DNA of 64,000 nt, from contig OZ024742.1 of assembly GCA_964016885.1 (NCBI GenBank), forward strand, positions 155,310,001-155,374,000, given 5' to 3'. Shown here piece by piece: positions 12,380 through 26,024 of this stretch (positions within the stretch are counted from its first letter, which is position 1; each line of letters opens with the position of its first letter). Made by a program: the position numbers and the translations under genes. The notes beneath the pieces were generated by a model. That model ran no database searches and was not told where the DNA came from. It worked only from the letters and a program-made list of their open reading frames with translations. The DNA is from Eledone cirrhosa. Taxonomy: Eukaryota.

Positions 12380-13488
12380 GTATATCTATATATCTATCCA
12401 TCTATCTATCTCTCTCTCTATATATATACATATATTAGTATATATAAACCCGTAGATTAAATATGTATTATAAGTATAGACGAAAGTTTATTCTAAACCA
12501 CTAATACACACACACTTTCACACACACTCACACACACACACACTTACACACACACATACATAGGCGGGCACACACACACACACATATATATATAAATATA
12601 TACATTTATTGGATTGGGTAAACCACTGAAAGTGTACCATGCTCTCGGTAATTATTTGTTGAACTTTACATTCAATGTTGAAAGACCTCCTAGGCCATCT
12701 ATTATTTTCGGTTGTAGACAAATTAACAAACCATTTAAGTACTGAGATCGTGGACACTTTCCACATATTTCTGTCCCTTTTCCACTGTGGTATATAAATA
12801 CCATGTAGACTTAACGCTATGGATTTGGTAGGATACCAGAGATGCTGTTACAGTATATTTTGACAAGATGTCGGTTTTTGTTATTTATTATAAATCTATG
12901 CTAAACGTATTGTCGTTTTACTTTTCGGAGACCGACATTTTTTTGTGTTTTCCTGTTTTTTATTCAGGGATTTGCCTGCGGAAGAATTTCCGCGCACGTG
13001 CCAGGACATTCCAAATAACTTGCATTCATGACGTCTTTCTCAGGCGGATTTAGTGTGAAATATTGCGTGGCAAGAACGACCCTCATATTGGATTGGAAAA
13101 GCGTGAAATCATGTTCCTTTCTCACGGTGCCGATAATTGGACAGATCCCTAAAATCTGGAAATAAATGCCGTAACCGCTAAGTCACACGTCTTCACACAC
13201 AAACATTTAAAAGACTGAAATGTGAAGCATTGTCCTTACGAGAGAATTCATTAGATATGTATTTTGCAATATGCGTTGAGATGGCTTAAATCCACTGAAG
13301 ACTGAATTTCATTTATATGATTCTGTTGCGTCCCTAAATATTCTTTGCCGTTTCTTTTCAGAGTCTATAAGAAACACTGTTAATATATACTAGAGATAAA
13401 TTGAATCAACATATAATAATTGATAAATGATGTGAAGTAATGAAAATGGATGTGCAATATTTGTCTTACGTTATTTATACCCAGAGAC

Positions 13489-13612
13489 GGCGAATTGGCG
13501 GAGTCGTTAGAAAGTTGAATGTAATGATTTTCTCTATTGGTTCTGTCTCTTTACTCTCTGAGTTCAAATCCTGCCGAGGTCAACTTCGCCTTGCATCCTT
13601 TCAAGGTCGATA
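13489..13612 (+). mobile_element. Decayed SINE (5' part)
   Basis: ggcgaattggcggagtcgttag...ctgagttcaaatcctgccgaggtcaacttcgccttgcatccttt. Confidence 0.65.
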
Positions 13613-13711
13613 CACAAATTATCAATCTAATAATCGGGGCGTTTCTTCCGCTATATCCCTTTCTCACTTCCAATCTCCCTCTTACACTCTCTCTAACTTT
13701 CTCTCTAACTC

Positions 13712-13765
<54 letters not shown>

Positions 13766-15234
13766 CTTCTCTGGAAGAAATATGCTGTATTTAGTCCTGC
13801 AGAGTAGATGGGATCTACCAGGCCGTATTTCGATCATTAGTTACTTGGCCACACACACGTTCAATGAACACCAGGTTTCGTTTTTATCATCAAACGGTAG
13901 ATGGTAACCCAGTAATAAATCTACTCCTAAAATATATAATTTTTGCAATGGCTATGTAAGAATATTGTATTTATTCATAATTTTGTAATGTAGTTTATTG
14001 AATAATTATTTCTGTGTCCGATACGGGCAAAAAGCTAGTTGTTGGAGCCTCGTAACATGCTTAGCATATTTTGGCGACTCTTTACCGAGTGAGTTCATAT
14101 CTTGCCGGAGTCTTTCCGGGAGAGGTAATATAATGTACGAATCTAAAACTAGTGGAAATATAATTGTCTTTCACCTCCGAATACATCGTTAGTCATGTAC
14201 CTGAATTTGAAATAATAATTATTTCTGCATTTGTTTATATTCCTGGTCGAATTATGTTATATTCTCACACGCTCTAATTTCAAATACTAATCTCGCTGAT
14301 TTCGCGTTAAAAGCCTATCAAACTGTTTCTATAAATCGATCATGAATAATTCAATAAACACCCATATTTGGGAGTATTTACAATCAGATATCAGTAGAAT
14401 ATTAAAAAAACAAAAAAAATAAATAAAATAAAAATATCAGAATTATATAATGCACATTACTAAAGACTGTCTTTATTATTTTGTTAAATATTCCAATTGG
14501 TTACGCCTTGTTATGTCTTCAGAGTTCAATACAATCAATGCAGTTACTTAGGAAAGAAATATTCAGAAAGTGCAAATCGTAAGTTAACAACCGATACTTA
14601 GGTAAATTATTGATTAGAATGGAATACGAACTGGTTGTATATGAATTTTCATAATGCAGTGCTATATCAGAGACATGAGGTGGAATATTTTCCGCTACGC
14701 CTCTGCAAATACTAAAGTACAAAAAGGAGGAGCATAGTTGAATATAGAATATGCTGAATGCATGTCTATAAAATTTAAACTGAAGACAATATCTGAACCT
14801 GATATTTATGTGTGATATACCAACATAACACATGATTTAATAGAGTTAATCTTGAAAATGTGTTACAAATTCGGAAAGTTACTCCGACAAGGAAAGCGTC
14901 AAACGATAAATATAAGATATATTAGGAAGAAAACACAAAATATCTGAACATGGTGTTCAATCGACGTATTCTTCTGTGTTAAACAAACATATACGCATAC
15001 ACAGCAGCACATACACACACACACAAACAAACAAACACACATATATACATGTGTATAGATACATATGTGTATATATATAGATACATATATATAAATATAT
15101 CTGTGTGAGTGTGTGTGTGTGCGTGTGTGCGTGTGTGCGTGAGGATAGATAGATAGAGAGAAAGAAAGAGAGGGAGAGACGGAGAGACAGAGAGAGATAG
15201 AGAAAGAGAGAGAGAAAGACTTGATATATATATA

Positions 15235-16107
15235 TTGGTAAACGGAATAGAAAATGCTGACAAACTGTTCACAGTTGAAAAATGGTTTAATTAGGAATAA
15301 AAGAGTATTAGTGATTGTATGGGTTAGTATTCGGTTGTGGTTTTAAGTTTTTAAGCTTTTACCGGTTGCGCATTTCTAAATGCTTTTCAAAAATAATTTT
15401 GAGATAGAGTGTCCGTGTTGTTTGCTCTGATCTGATTAGTTTTGGGAATTCTACCTGTTTTTATGTGAAAAAAGTGGCTCCAGCGTTACTTTGGTGTTGC
15501 AAAAATTATTGTGGTCAAAACAATTTTGATTGGTCGGTAGAGGTCATATGAATGTAAAAAATTGATTTTGCGCCAAGACTGTTTTTTTGTTAAAAAAGTG
15601 GCTCCAGCGTTATTTGGTGTTTGCAAAAATTCTTGTGGTCAAAACAATTTTGATTGGTCGGTAGAGGTCATGTGAATAAAAAATTGGTTTCACACCTTTT
15701 ATTGTTAAGATTTTTGATGTTCTATTAAGAGAACCAATTTTACTGACAAAATCGAATAATTTACACCATTTTACCAGGGGGCTAAAAAATACTAGTTCCC
15801 CCCCCACACACACACATATATACATACACACACATACACACGCGTACATTAACATAGAAAGAGACTTATACACACACACACACACACGCACTTCTCCGTA
15901 TAAGACAAAAGCTGAAAAATATCTGTTGACATGCTAAAATACCCCCCCATTGCTTTCAGACACATTCTTACTGACCATCCCTGCTACCACGAATTACTCT
16001 GCTATATACACACACACACACACACACACATACACACACTTATCTTAATAGCCATTTGACACACATCCCTGCTAACCATTATCACAACATCGAACACCTT
16101 ACTACTA

Positions 16108-16143
<36 letters not shown>

Positions 16144-16432
16144 TTGTTGTGAAAGAGTCATTTCTCAATCTTGGCGCAAAAATATTTTTTATTCACATGA
16201 CCTCTACCGACCAATCAAAATTGTTTTGACCACAAGAATTTTTGCAAACACCAAATAACGCTGGAGACACTTATTTTTGAAAAGCATTTAGAAATGCGCA
16301 ACCGGTAAAAACTTAAAAACTTAAAACCACAACTGAATACTAACCCATACAATCACTAATACTCTTTTATTCCTAATTAAACCATTTTTCAACTGTGAAC
16401 AATTTGTCAGCATTTTCTATTCCGTTTACCAA
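15235..16432. mobile_element. Non-autonomous element with about 160-bp terminal inverted repeats and additional internal inverted/direct repeats
   Basis: 15235-15396 is the near-perfect reverse complement of 16271-16432. About 15602-15685 is inverted at about 16183-16266 and directly duplicated at about 15465-15575. Both ends abut TA. A related copy of the terminus lies at 54018-54203. Confidence 0.8.
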
Positions 16433-16467
16433 TATATAATAACTTTTCTGTTACACCTCTATTCTTT

Positions 16468-16539
<72 letters not shown>

Positions 16540-16886
16540 TAAATGCATATATACACATATACTTGTTATTTCTATATGTTTGATCTATGCATTTAATATT
16601 AGCCTGAATAATTCAGAAATTATTTAAACAAACATTATTGACTAATAACTTGTTAGGAACAGAATGTCATGAGCAACTTGCTGAAATGTCAGATGTTTAT
16701 GTAGGAAGGGCTTAGTGTACTCAAATATACGCCATCTCTAATTCAGTAATAGTTGGTTCGTGTCTACAACTTTGAGGTTCTAAGTATACGCCATTTTTGT
16801 ATGAATCTGTCTGCATCACGATCTTCTCGACGTTAGTTTACATGAACTTAACTGTACTATATGAGTGTGCATTGACTGTGGATTCG

Positions 16887-16954
<68 letters not shown>

Positions 16955-17619
16955 TAAAATAAATATATACATATTGCGAAAGCGCGTAGATTTATTTCGC
17001 GCGTTTTCAACTCACGATTAAGTGAGGGTGACCTCGGTCACCGACTGCGATTAGTGTCCTTGAGGTAGATAAATGTTTTCAGGTTGTTCCAATACACATA
17101 GCTGAATAAATAATTAAATTTACCTAAAATTCAAAGAACCAATCAGGAATAAGGCGAGGAATATACCTTCAAAAACTCATTGAAGCATTGTATATTGAGT
17201 CCTCAGTATCCTGTATTTTATTAATTAACCAGTACAAATAACAGAAAAAAACAACAAATAAACAAAAAAAGAAATAAACAGGACTCTCGTTGTCCTAACT
17301 GATAGCGGCGCACATACAGGTATATATAGCACGCGCGTGGGTGAATAGTTTTAATATCATTTGTAATACCAATGTCTGAATGTATTTTAAATTGTTGAAC
17401 ATATGTAGGATTACAGTAGTGTTAAGTTGGTTTAGCAGGCAGTGTGTATCTAAATTAAATAGCATGAATTTCGGTGTTTACTCTAGCGAATATGCTGGTG
17501 TGTGGACTAAAAAGTCGCACTCGTTCAACGCATCGGTAGGGTTTCTCCTACATGGATGTAAAGTAGTGGCCGTACTCGAAAATGAGTTGGCAGCCACCGT
17601 ATGTATGTATGTATGCATG

Positions 17620-17930
17620 TCATGACACCAGTTGGTGCTACTGGTAATATGTATCCCAGTACAACCTGTCTCATGGTCGGGTCATTGGCGACTAAACTGG
17701 CAACCCCACCAAGGTTACTTGGTGAGGAGGGTGACTTTGGACATCCTGCAGGACTAAACACAAAACCTGCCGAAGGGCAAAGGAGCTCGTAAGAGTCAAT
17801 GGCAATCCAAAATATCCGGGAGAGATGACCCCTTAACCTTTGTCAAGGCAGAATTCTAGGAGAAGGTAAACTCTGATATAACACCTGCAACCCTGATGAT
17901 ATCCAATGATGTTGACTTGTTCTTCTTTTT
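17620..17930 (+). mobile_element. Probable 5' UTR fragment of an RTE-clade LINE
   Basis: GC-richer island following a (tgta)n tract, containing ctaggagaaggtaaactctga and aaaacctgccgaagggc, motifs I recall from invertebrate RTE 5' regions. Multiple hairpins; no ORF. Confidence 0.45.
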
Positions 17931-18573
17931 GGTAAATATTATCTTGGTTAAGAGAGTAGGACTGGCTTTGTGCAGTGCCTTTGCTCACTATAAAAAGCTT
18001 CACGGCACAGGCATTGCTTTATATCTGGAGATCTCTCTGCCCTTGTCATCACCGGGTACTTTCTAATATGCTGGCAATGCAAGTTAATTAATAGTGCACT
18101 ACAGAGTCGGTATTTAGAATATTTTGATATGCACATAGATAAGTAGCAACTACACGTGTGTATCTTGTATATCCACTTACGTATCTTGCAACAATCAGCC
18201 AAAATCAGTCGGTGCAATGCTCCTATCTCTATGTTAATTAAACAAATAACACAGACGGAAACTACCTCTAAATACACTCCATATATATATAATATCAAAT
18301 GCGAGAAACCTGGGTGAAAGAAATCCTCGATAAACAACTCCCACGTTCCGAATGATATCAATTTTTTATCAACCATTCCGCTTCGTTGAATTTCTTTATA
18401 TGGTTTTACATAAAATGTTATTATTCTTGTTTTATGCGTTTTATTAAAGTATTATGTTGTGTTCGTTGTCGGTATTTGTTTGATTTGTACAACAGAAATT
18501 AATAGATACATTGGTTTGAGACTGAATGTAATAAAGATTCTACAGGAATCTATTAAAAATATATATATTACAA

Positions 18574-18757
18574 ATAATTGTTTCTTCTTTAGGCACAAGG
18601 CCAGCAATTATCCAGTGCATTACCGGTACTTTATTTTATCGACCCCGTAAGGATAACAGGCAAAGTCAACCTCGTTGGGATTTGCACTCAGATCGTAAAC
18701 GGACATAACTATGCTGGAAAGCATTGGTGTCCCATCCTCGACCGATACTGCCAATCC
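18574..18757 (-). mobile_element. SINE, subfamily A
   Basis: Full core plus atcgtaaacggacataactatgctggaaagcat. Flanked by caaataat on both sides (putative TSD). Confidence 0.85.
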
Positions 18758-18797
18758 AAATAATATATACATATGTATATATACACACACACACGCT

Positions 18798-18828
<31 letters not shown>

Positions 18829-18846
18829 GCATCTCACCCTCTCTAT

Positions 18847-18952
<106 letters not shown>

Positions 18953-19008
18953 TGAAACAAAATGAAAACGAAATTTCATTTCTCACTCTTAGTATGGCAC
19001 TTACTTAA

Positions 19009-19405
19009 ATGTAAGTATGCATGTATACGTACATACATATATGTATACAGACGTACAGTAGCATGCACATATATATATATATATATACATATATATATAC
19101 ATATGCATACAGGTACACATACATATATGCACGTATCAGTTTAGCGGCGCTAACGTCGCTTTGTTCGTTTGTAAACAAACTGAACAGCCTGAATTTATGC
19201 CATACGGTGTTAAGGCAACCACTTCAGGCTGTTCAGTTTGTTTACAAACGAACAAAGCGACGTTAGCGCCGCTAAACTGATACGTGCATATATGTATGTG
19301 TACCTGTATGCATATGTATATATATATGTATATATATATATATATGTGCATGCTACTGTACGTCTGTATACATATATGTATGTACGTATACATGCATACT
19401 TACAT
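19009..19405. repeat. Near-perfect palindrome (about 184-bp arms, 29-bp spacer)
   Basis: 19009-19193 is the reverse complement of 19223-19405, apart from TA-run length. Confidence 0.95.
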
Positions 19406-19575
19406 ATATATATATATATTTACTAAAATAACAGATTAAAGTTTAAGCAAAGAATCGCTGCTTTCACCCTTAACGGGATCTTCTGAACAATATTTGCTCT
19501 ACGGTTCTTATATATTTGATATATATTTATCCTATCGAGCCCTCTTTGGATTTTAGTCTTCAAATTTATTATTAT

Positions 19576-19882
<307 letters not shown>

Positions 19883-19967
19883 AATATATATATATATACA
19901 GAACAGAAAGGACAAACACATTTCTTCTAGCTAGTACATATCTGTAGGACCGCAACTACAGGTGTCT

Positions 19968-20150
19968 GCAGTATCGGTAGACGGTCGGACGTCATGCTTT
20001 GACGCATAGAGTTACATCCCTTGCCATTCTGAGTTCAAATCCCGCTGAGGTTAACTTTGCCGTTCATTCCTACGGGGTCGATAAAATAAAGTACCAGTAA
20101 TGCACTGGGGTAATAGCTGGCCTTGTGCCAAAAGTAGAAACAATTATTAT
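19968..20150 (+). mobile_element. SINE, subfamily B
   Basis: gcagtatcggtagacgg...ttctgagttcaaatcccgctgaggttaactttgcc...ggccttgtgccaaaagtagaaacaattatt. Confidence 0.85.
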
Positions 20151-20158
20151 TTAGGCAA

Positions 20159-20362
20159 TGGATGGGCAGTATCGGTAGAGGATCGGACCTCATGCTTTGA
20201 TGCATAGAGTTACGGCCCTTGCCATTCTGAGTTCAAATCCCGCCGAGGTTAACTTTGCCTTTCATCCTTACGGGGTCAATAATATAAAGTACCAGTCACG
20301 CACTGGGGTCAATTTCATCGAATAACCCCCCCATTGCTGGCCTTGTGCCTAAATAAGAAACA
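20159..20362 (+). mobile_element. SINE, subfamily B (tandem to previous copy)
   Basis: Same head and core, with a longer 3' segment (ggggtcaatttcatcgaataacccccc). Confidence 0.85.
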
Positions 20363-20389
20363 GACAGAAATAGACAGTCTTCATAGACA

Positions 20390-23348
20390 AGGGCCCGGTT
20401 ACTGGAAGCGGAACGCGTCTTTCCGGCGCCCAAAGCCTACACAGACCGGATTAGCGTAGTAAGTAAAGCGGGCGTTGACGGGAGCGGTCGCCAACAACAG
20501 GTTGTGGTTCGCGCTGAAAATTGCAATTAAAGTAGAGTCTATTATGTTTAGCAAAGGACTAGTGATAGAGGAAAATAGAGTAGAGCGAAAGACAGTCAGA
20601 AGGCAAGAAGAGGCAAGAAGAGGCAAGAAGAGGCGTTTAGGACAGGCATCGCAAACGAAGTGCTTCCGGCGAGATTGGCACTCGACCAATTCTTCAAAAC
20701 ACGAAGGCTGCGTTGTCAGAGTTGGAGCGCGTGCTCTGAAACACGAGGGGACAAAAGCCGTCCAATGTGGTCGGGTGGCAGAGACGCGACGTGGTAACAA
20801 AGCCTCAATTCGGTTTTTGTCTGACCCAAAACGGGTGCTGAACTGTTCGGGAGCAGCAGCGGCTCGGATCGGGGCATGGACTTCAGTTCATACCTCGGCG
20901 GCTGCCTCGGCTCACGACAACCGCAGCACAGTGTTTCGAAAAGCCAATAACAGCCGGTGAAATACGGGAAACGATGAGGGGTAACGATGAGGGGTAAATC
21001 TCCCGGTTTGGATGGTCTGCCCTTCGAGCTTTATGCATTTATGCCAGACTTGTTCGGTGACCTCTTGGCAGACGTCTACTCTAACTGGCAGCAGAATGGG
21101 AGCATTCCCAGTTTTGTGAGCCGGGGAGCGATGGGACTGCTGAGAAAAGACCCGAACAAGGGGGATGTTATCGATAATTTCAGGCCCATAACGCTGCTAA
21201 ACGCAGAGTTCAAGATTTTGGCCAAGGTGTTAGAAACAAGATTGGCGCTCGTCGTCAAGGGTCTGCTGGGAGAGTCGCAGACATGCGCCATTCCGGACAG
21301 ATCCACACACGACCTCTACATCATGCGATACATCATAGAGATGGTGGTTAAGGAACCTGGCATGGGTGGGGCCATGGTCAACTTGGATGAATCCAAAGCA
21401 TACGATAGGGACGACCATCGGCACCTGGCGGCGGTGTTGAGGCAGCCGGTTTAGGGCCCGTTTTCATGGGTTGGATCACTGCAATGTACAGCGACATCTG
21501 CTTATTTGTGAAGGTGGACGGTCACTTGTCGCAGCCGTTCAGCATCATGCGCTCAGTCCGCCAGGGTTGCCCCCTCTCTTCCCTCTTGTACGTATTGGTT
21601 CTCGAGCCGTTACTGCACATACTGATGGCGATGAAGTGCTTCCCACGCGAACTAGGATGCGGGAGATCCGAGTCGGCTAACGCCGACGACTTCACCATGG
21701 TGTTGTCGAGCACCAGATACGTACAGATGCTGTGCACCGCTCTCAAGGAATACGAAGCGGTGACAGGCGCAAAGATAAATCAGGAAAAGTCGGCGGGCTT
21801 GCGGCTCGGTACCTGGAGAGACAAGTCCATGCCGTCCGACAGCGTCGTGGTGCGTTTGACGGACGGACCGGTTAAATTGCTCGGTGTCTGGTTCGGACCA
21901 AACCTCCAGATGGAGAAACAACTGGAACGAGGTGACGAGCAAGGTGGCCGCACTCAACCAGAAATGGGCAGAGAGAAAGCTGTCCTTGAAAGGCCGGGCG
22001 GAGGTGGCGAATGCGTACATCGCATCCGTCATCTGCTACCGCCTCACCGTCGTCCCTTGCTCCGGCCCAACTCTCACCAAAATGGAGCCCCTCCACTTCC
22101 GTTCTATGTTGAAGGGACGCGCTCCCATGGTCAGACGATCCATCTCCTGTCACACCCGTTGCGTGGAGGACTGGAGATGCCATGGCTGAATATGCGCAAA
22201 CATGCGCTGAGGCTGCGACATCTCTTTTGCTTCCTTGACAGTAAACAGGTGTGGTCGCCGTTCGCCAGGCACGTTTTCCCCACAGCTCGTCTCCTTCACG
22301 GAGCTGCAGTCCTGGGTCAGACAAAAACCGAGGGATAGCGCTTGGAAACAGGAATGTCTCCAGGCGCTCACTGCCCTCTGCCAGCTGGGCACCAGTATCG
22401 GTGGAACACCTACCTCGGCGTTTTATAGAGGACTAGTGGAGGAGAAGAGCGGCGACGTTCTCGGAGAGATCCTGGGCGTCGAAGAAGATCAGCTGTTTGC
22501 ACTCTTCCGGAGAACTTTCAGCCAGGGCCTATGGTTAACTTCCAAAAATCCATGGCCTGGCAGTGCTACCCGGGAGCGTTGCCGGTTCAAGATAAGCTCT
22601 ACAGGTACTGAAGTGCTGTCAGCCGAGCCTGTCCGAGATGCGCGCAGAGCAACGAAATCGTCGTACACGCACTCGTTCAGTGCCTGAGCATTTCTGACTT
22701 GTTGGGCTATGTCGAACAGTTGCTGTCGCGTGTAGGACTGATCCGGTCATCGACTGAGTCCATTGTGCAGATGGTCTCCTTCGAGGAGGAAGGGCAGGCG
22801 GTTTTCATCTGCCTGGTGGCCATGACGAAAGAGATTGTGTGGTGGACAAGTTTGAAAGGGTTAAATACAGACACTTTCCTCTTCGGCGAATCCCTAATTA
22901 AGTTTTTCAAGTTTCACTTGAACAAGAAAATAAGGGTGGAGAGACATGTGCTGCCTTCTAGCAAGTTTGTTGAAATGTGGGTGAATGTAACGCGATTGGT
23001 CTGAGTGAACGGGAACGTTCTGAATATACGCCTCTAGTTTGAGAAATGGAAACATTGAGAGAGGGCACTTGCCCTGGTGGTCAGGGTGGCTGTGGTCTTT
23101 TGTGTGGTTTTCGCCACGAGTAACCATCGGAGGTTTCCCCCCTATTGGGAAATTATTCATTGTTTCAATTTTTATTGTTATTGTTTATATATATATACGT
23201 TTCTGTCTTTTTTAAAACTTTTTTATATAAATAATAAACATTTCTACACTCACAGAACCCACATCGTACCGTCCTGTGCCGTCTGTAATGTTTTTCTTGA
23301 TGTCAGTCCCTGTGGCCAATAAAGAAATTATTATTATTATTATTATTA
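20390..23348 (+). mobile_element. 5'-truncated, frameshifted L1/Tx1-clade LINE (ORF2 pseudogene)
   Basis: Starts with GPGYWKRNAS (end of the APE endonuclease). RT motifs GKSPGLDGLPFELY, NFRPITLLNAEFKILAK, SVRQGCPLS and ADD are split over ORFs 20475-20960, 20987-21454, 21466-22338, 21884-22189 and 22699-23004. AATAAA at about 23318 is followed by an (ATT)n tail. Confidence 0.9.
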
Positions 23349-24471
23349 CAGCTGCATTTATCTTGCTTTATGTTCATACGAGTTATCACCAAGTCAAAAC
23401 CAGTGACCTCAAGAGACAACAAGGTCCGCCATGTTCAAGAAAGAACATACATATTCACACATGCATCTTTAGTGTTTAGACTTGTGATGTACTTTTATTG
23501 ACAGAATCTTCCTTAGTATATGGGCAGTTCCCATTAGTACTATCTTTTGTATTTCTCCTATACGCGGGTTTCCTGGGATTTGCGATAAGTAATCATTAGC
23601 CCCCTTAGGTATCATTCCCAGAGCGCCTACAACCACTGGTATTGTTTTAGTTCTCAATTTCCACATTTTTCCAATTTCTATCTCCAGGTCCTTATACTTG
23701 CTCAATTTTTCAAATGTTTTTATAGATACATTCCTGTCTATTGGAACAGACATATCAATTAGCAGGCATACCCTCTTTTGAAAGTCTTTCAATATTATAT
23801 CAGGTCTGTTTGCATCTATTTTTCGGTCTGTTTGGATGCTAAAGTTCCACAAGATTGAGATGTGATCTTTTTCAAGTATGGGAGGTGGTTGATGCTCCCA
23901 CCAATTCTTTTGATGGGGCAGGTCAAAATGCTTACACATTATCCAATGTATGTATTGTGCAGCTCTGTCATGCCTGTTTAGATATTCGGTTGGAGCTATA
24001 GGACTGCTCATTGAATTTATATGGTCAATGGTCTCTGGTTGTTTTTTGCATACACGGCATAATGGGCTGCACCCATTTTTTATTATGTTGGCTTGGTAAT
24101 ATTTTGTTGGCAGACACTGATCTTGTGCCGATATAATCAGTCCTTCAGTCTCCGATTTCAGTCCAGAGGATGCTAACCACTGATGGGTTAAAGTTTTGTC
24201 AACATCAGGATTGTTAGCTCGCTCTGGGTATTTTCCATACAGAGGCTTTTCTTGCCATTTCTTAGCCAGTTTCTGTAGCAGTTCTTTCTTTGCAGTTACT
24301 TTTACCTGCTTTGCTTTTTCTGTGTTTTCCATTTCAGCAGTAAATGGGACTTCTGAAATTTGTAGTCCATTACTGTATCTTTGTGCATCTTTTGTAATGG
24401 AATATGATCTTTTGATACTTTCGTGTTTCAAAATGAGTTTGATCATCCAATCATGTGATTCCCTTAGATAT

Positions 24472-24473
<2 letters not shown>
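23349..24473 (-). mobile_element. 5'-truncated R4/Dong-type LINE, family B (C-terminal zinc knuckle + restriction-like endonuclease)
   Basis: ORF 23469-24446 has CRVC...ETIDHI, RHD, NRPDIIL...IDM and EKLSKYKDL...IPVVVGALG. Bounded by (TTA)n at both ends. Clearly divergent from family A. Confidence 0.9.
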
Positions 24474-24518
<45 letters not shown>

Positions 24519-24525
24519 GTTATTA

Positions 24526-25041
24526 TTCCTTAAATTTCAGTCATTGATGTTAGTTAACTGGAAAGTCCGTTGGAATGAATATCAAGCCACTACCTGCCGC
24601 CTCAGATATTCAGGATATTCAGGACGTATCGGAGGGTTTTTGCTGTTCCCAGCAAGCATGCCTTTTGAAGCGTTCCAAAAAGCGTGAAGGGGCCGATTTT
24701 CTTTAACCATCCCTGGAAACTTTTGGAGATAGTCCCCAGTGCGCCTATGGGAATCGGGATCACCCTGACTTCATGGCAGTTCCAAATCCTTTTTACCTCC
24801 TACTTTAAGTCCTGGTATCGGTTAATTTTCTCCCTCTCCTTCTCTTGCACTCTCGTGTCGAATGGGCAGGCTACATCCACAATCAGGCACGATCGTTTTT
24901 CTTTGTCCAGAACCACCAGGTCAGGTCTATTGTGTTCCAGTTTCTTGTCCGTTTGTATCCTAAAATCCCACAGCACCTTCACCTGATCGTTCTCCATCAC
25001 CGCCTCTGGCTTATGCTCATACCATTTCTCAGATTGTGGTA
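24526..25041 (-). mobile_element. R4/Dong-type LINE family A, short 3' fragment
   Basis: Nearly identical to 25087-25591, with a stop, a small deletion and a gatattcag duplication. Flanked by (TTA)n. Confidence 0.92.
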
Positions 25042-25160
25042 ATTATTATTATTATTATTATCATCATTATTATTGTTATTGTTATTCCTTGAATCTCAGT
25101 CATTGATGTTGGTTAACTGGAAAGTCCGTTGGATTGAATATCAAGCCACTACCTGCAGCC

Positions 25161-26024
25161 TCAGATATTCAGGACGTATCGGAGGGTTCTTGCTGTTCCA
25201 AGCAAGCATGCCTTTTGAAGCGTTCCAAAAAGCGTGAAGGGGCCGATTTTCTTTAACCATCCCTGGAAACTTTTGGAGATAGTCCCCAGTGCGCCTATGA
25301 CAATCGGGATCACTTTGACTTCATGGCAGTTCCAAATCCTTTTCACCTCCCACTTTAGGTCCTGGTATCGCTTAATTTTCTCCCTCTCCTTCTCTTGCAC
25401 TCTCGTGTCGAACGGGCAGGCCACATCCACAATCAGGCACGATCTTTTTTCTTTGTCCACAACCACCAGGTCAGGTCTATTGTGTTCCAGTTTTTTGTCC
25501 GTCTGTGTCCCAAAATCCCACAGCACCTTCACCTGATTGTTCTCCATCACCGCCTCTGGCCTATGCTCATACCATTTCTCAGAATGTGGTAGATTGTTTA
25601 CTTTGCACAGGTGCCAGTGGATCACCCTGCCCATCACATCGTGTCTCCAGCCCTTATAGTGGGTCTGGGCTAGGTGTTTACACTCGGACACAATGTGAGC
25701 CACAGTCTCCTCTCTTTCTCCACAGATCCTGCACAGTGGGCTGGCCTTCTCCTTGTAGATATGGTGCTTCAACCACTTCGTTTTGAGGGCCTGCTCCTGC
25801 GCAGCCATTAGCATTCCTTCTGTAGCCTTTTTGAGGTCTCCTCTTCTCAACCAGTTCCATGTCTGTGGATCTCTAAATTCAGTTTTCTCAAAGAAGGTAC
25901 TATGAAGGGGTTTTCCCTTAAGGCTGCTCTTCCTCCTTGATGTTATTTCCTCCCTGGACATCCCCTGGCCTACTGTCCCCTCCTTCAGTACAGCTCTGAG
26001 CATTGGCTCCTTACTATAGGTCAC
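25161..26024 (-). CDS. R4/Dong retrotransposon ORF, C-terminal zinc knuckle/RLE part (continuation after frameshift)
   Basis: 287-aa ORF that is continuous with the RT in the sister copy 55980-57668. Confidence 0.88.
   Translation of the reverse strand: MTYSKEPMLRAVLKEGTVGQGMSREEITSRRKSSLKGKPLHSTFFEKTEFRDPQTWNWLRRGDLKKATEGMLMAAQEQALKTKWLKHHIYKEKASPLCRICGEREETVAHIVSECKHLAQTHYKGWRHDVMGRVIHWHLCKVNNLPHSEKWYEHRPEAVMENNQVKVLWDFGTQTDKKLEHNRPDLVVVDKEKRSCLIVDVACPFDTRVQEKEREKIKRYQDLKWEVKRIWNCHEVKVIPIVIGALGTISKSFQGWLKKIGPFTLFGTLQKACLLGTARTLRYVLNI

Noticed and set aside
17155-17212. Minus-strand CTGAGGA-ctca...tgag motif with possible stem I
   Set aside because: The GAAA core and stem III cannot be formed (tttttgaaggta); at best a heavily decayed remnant.
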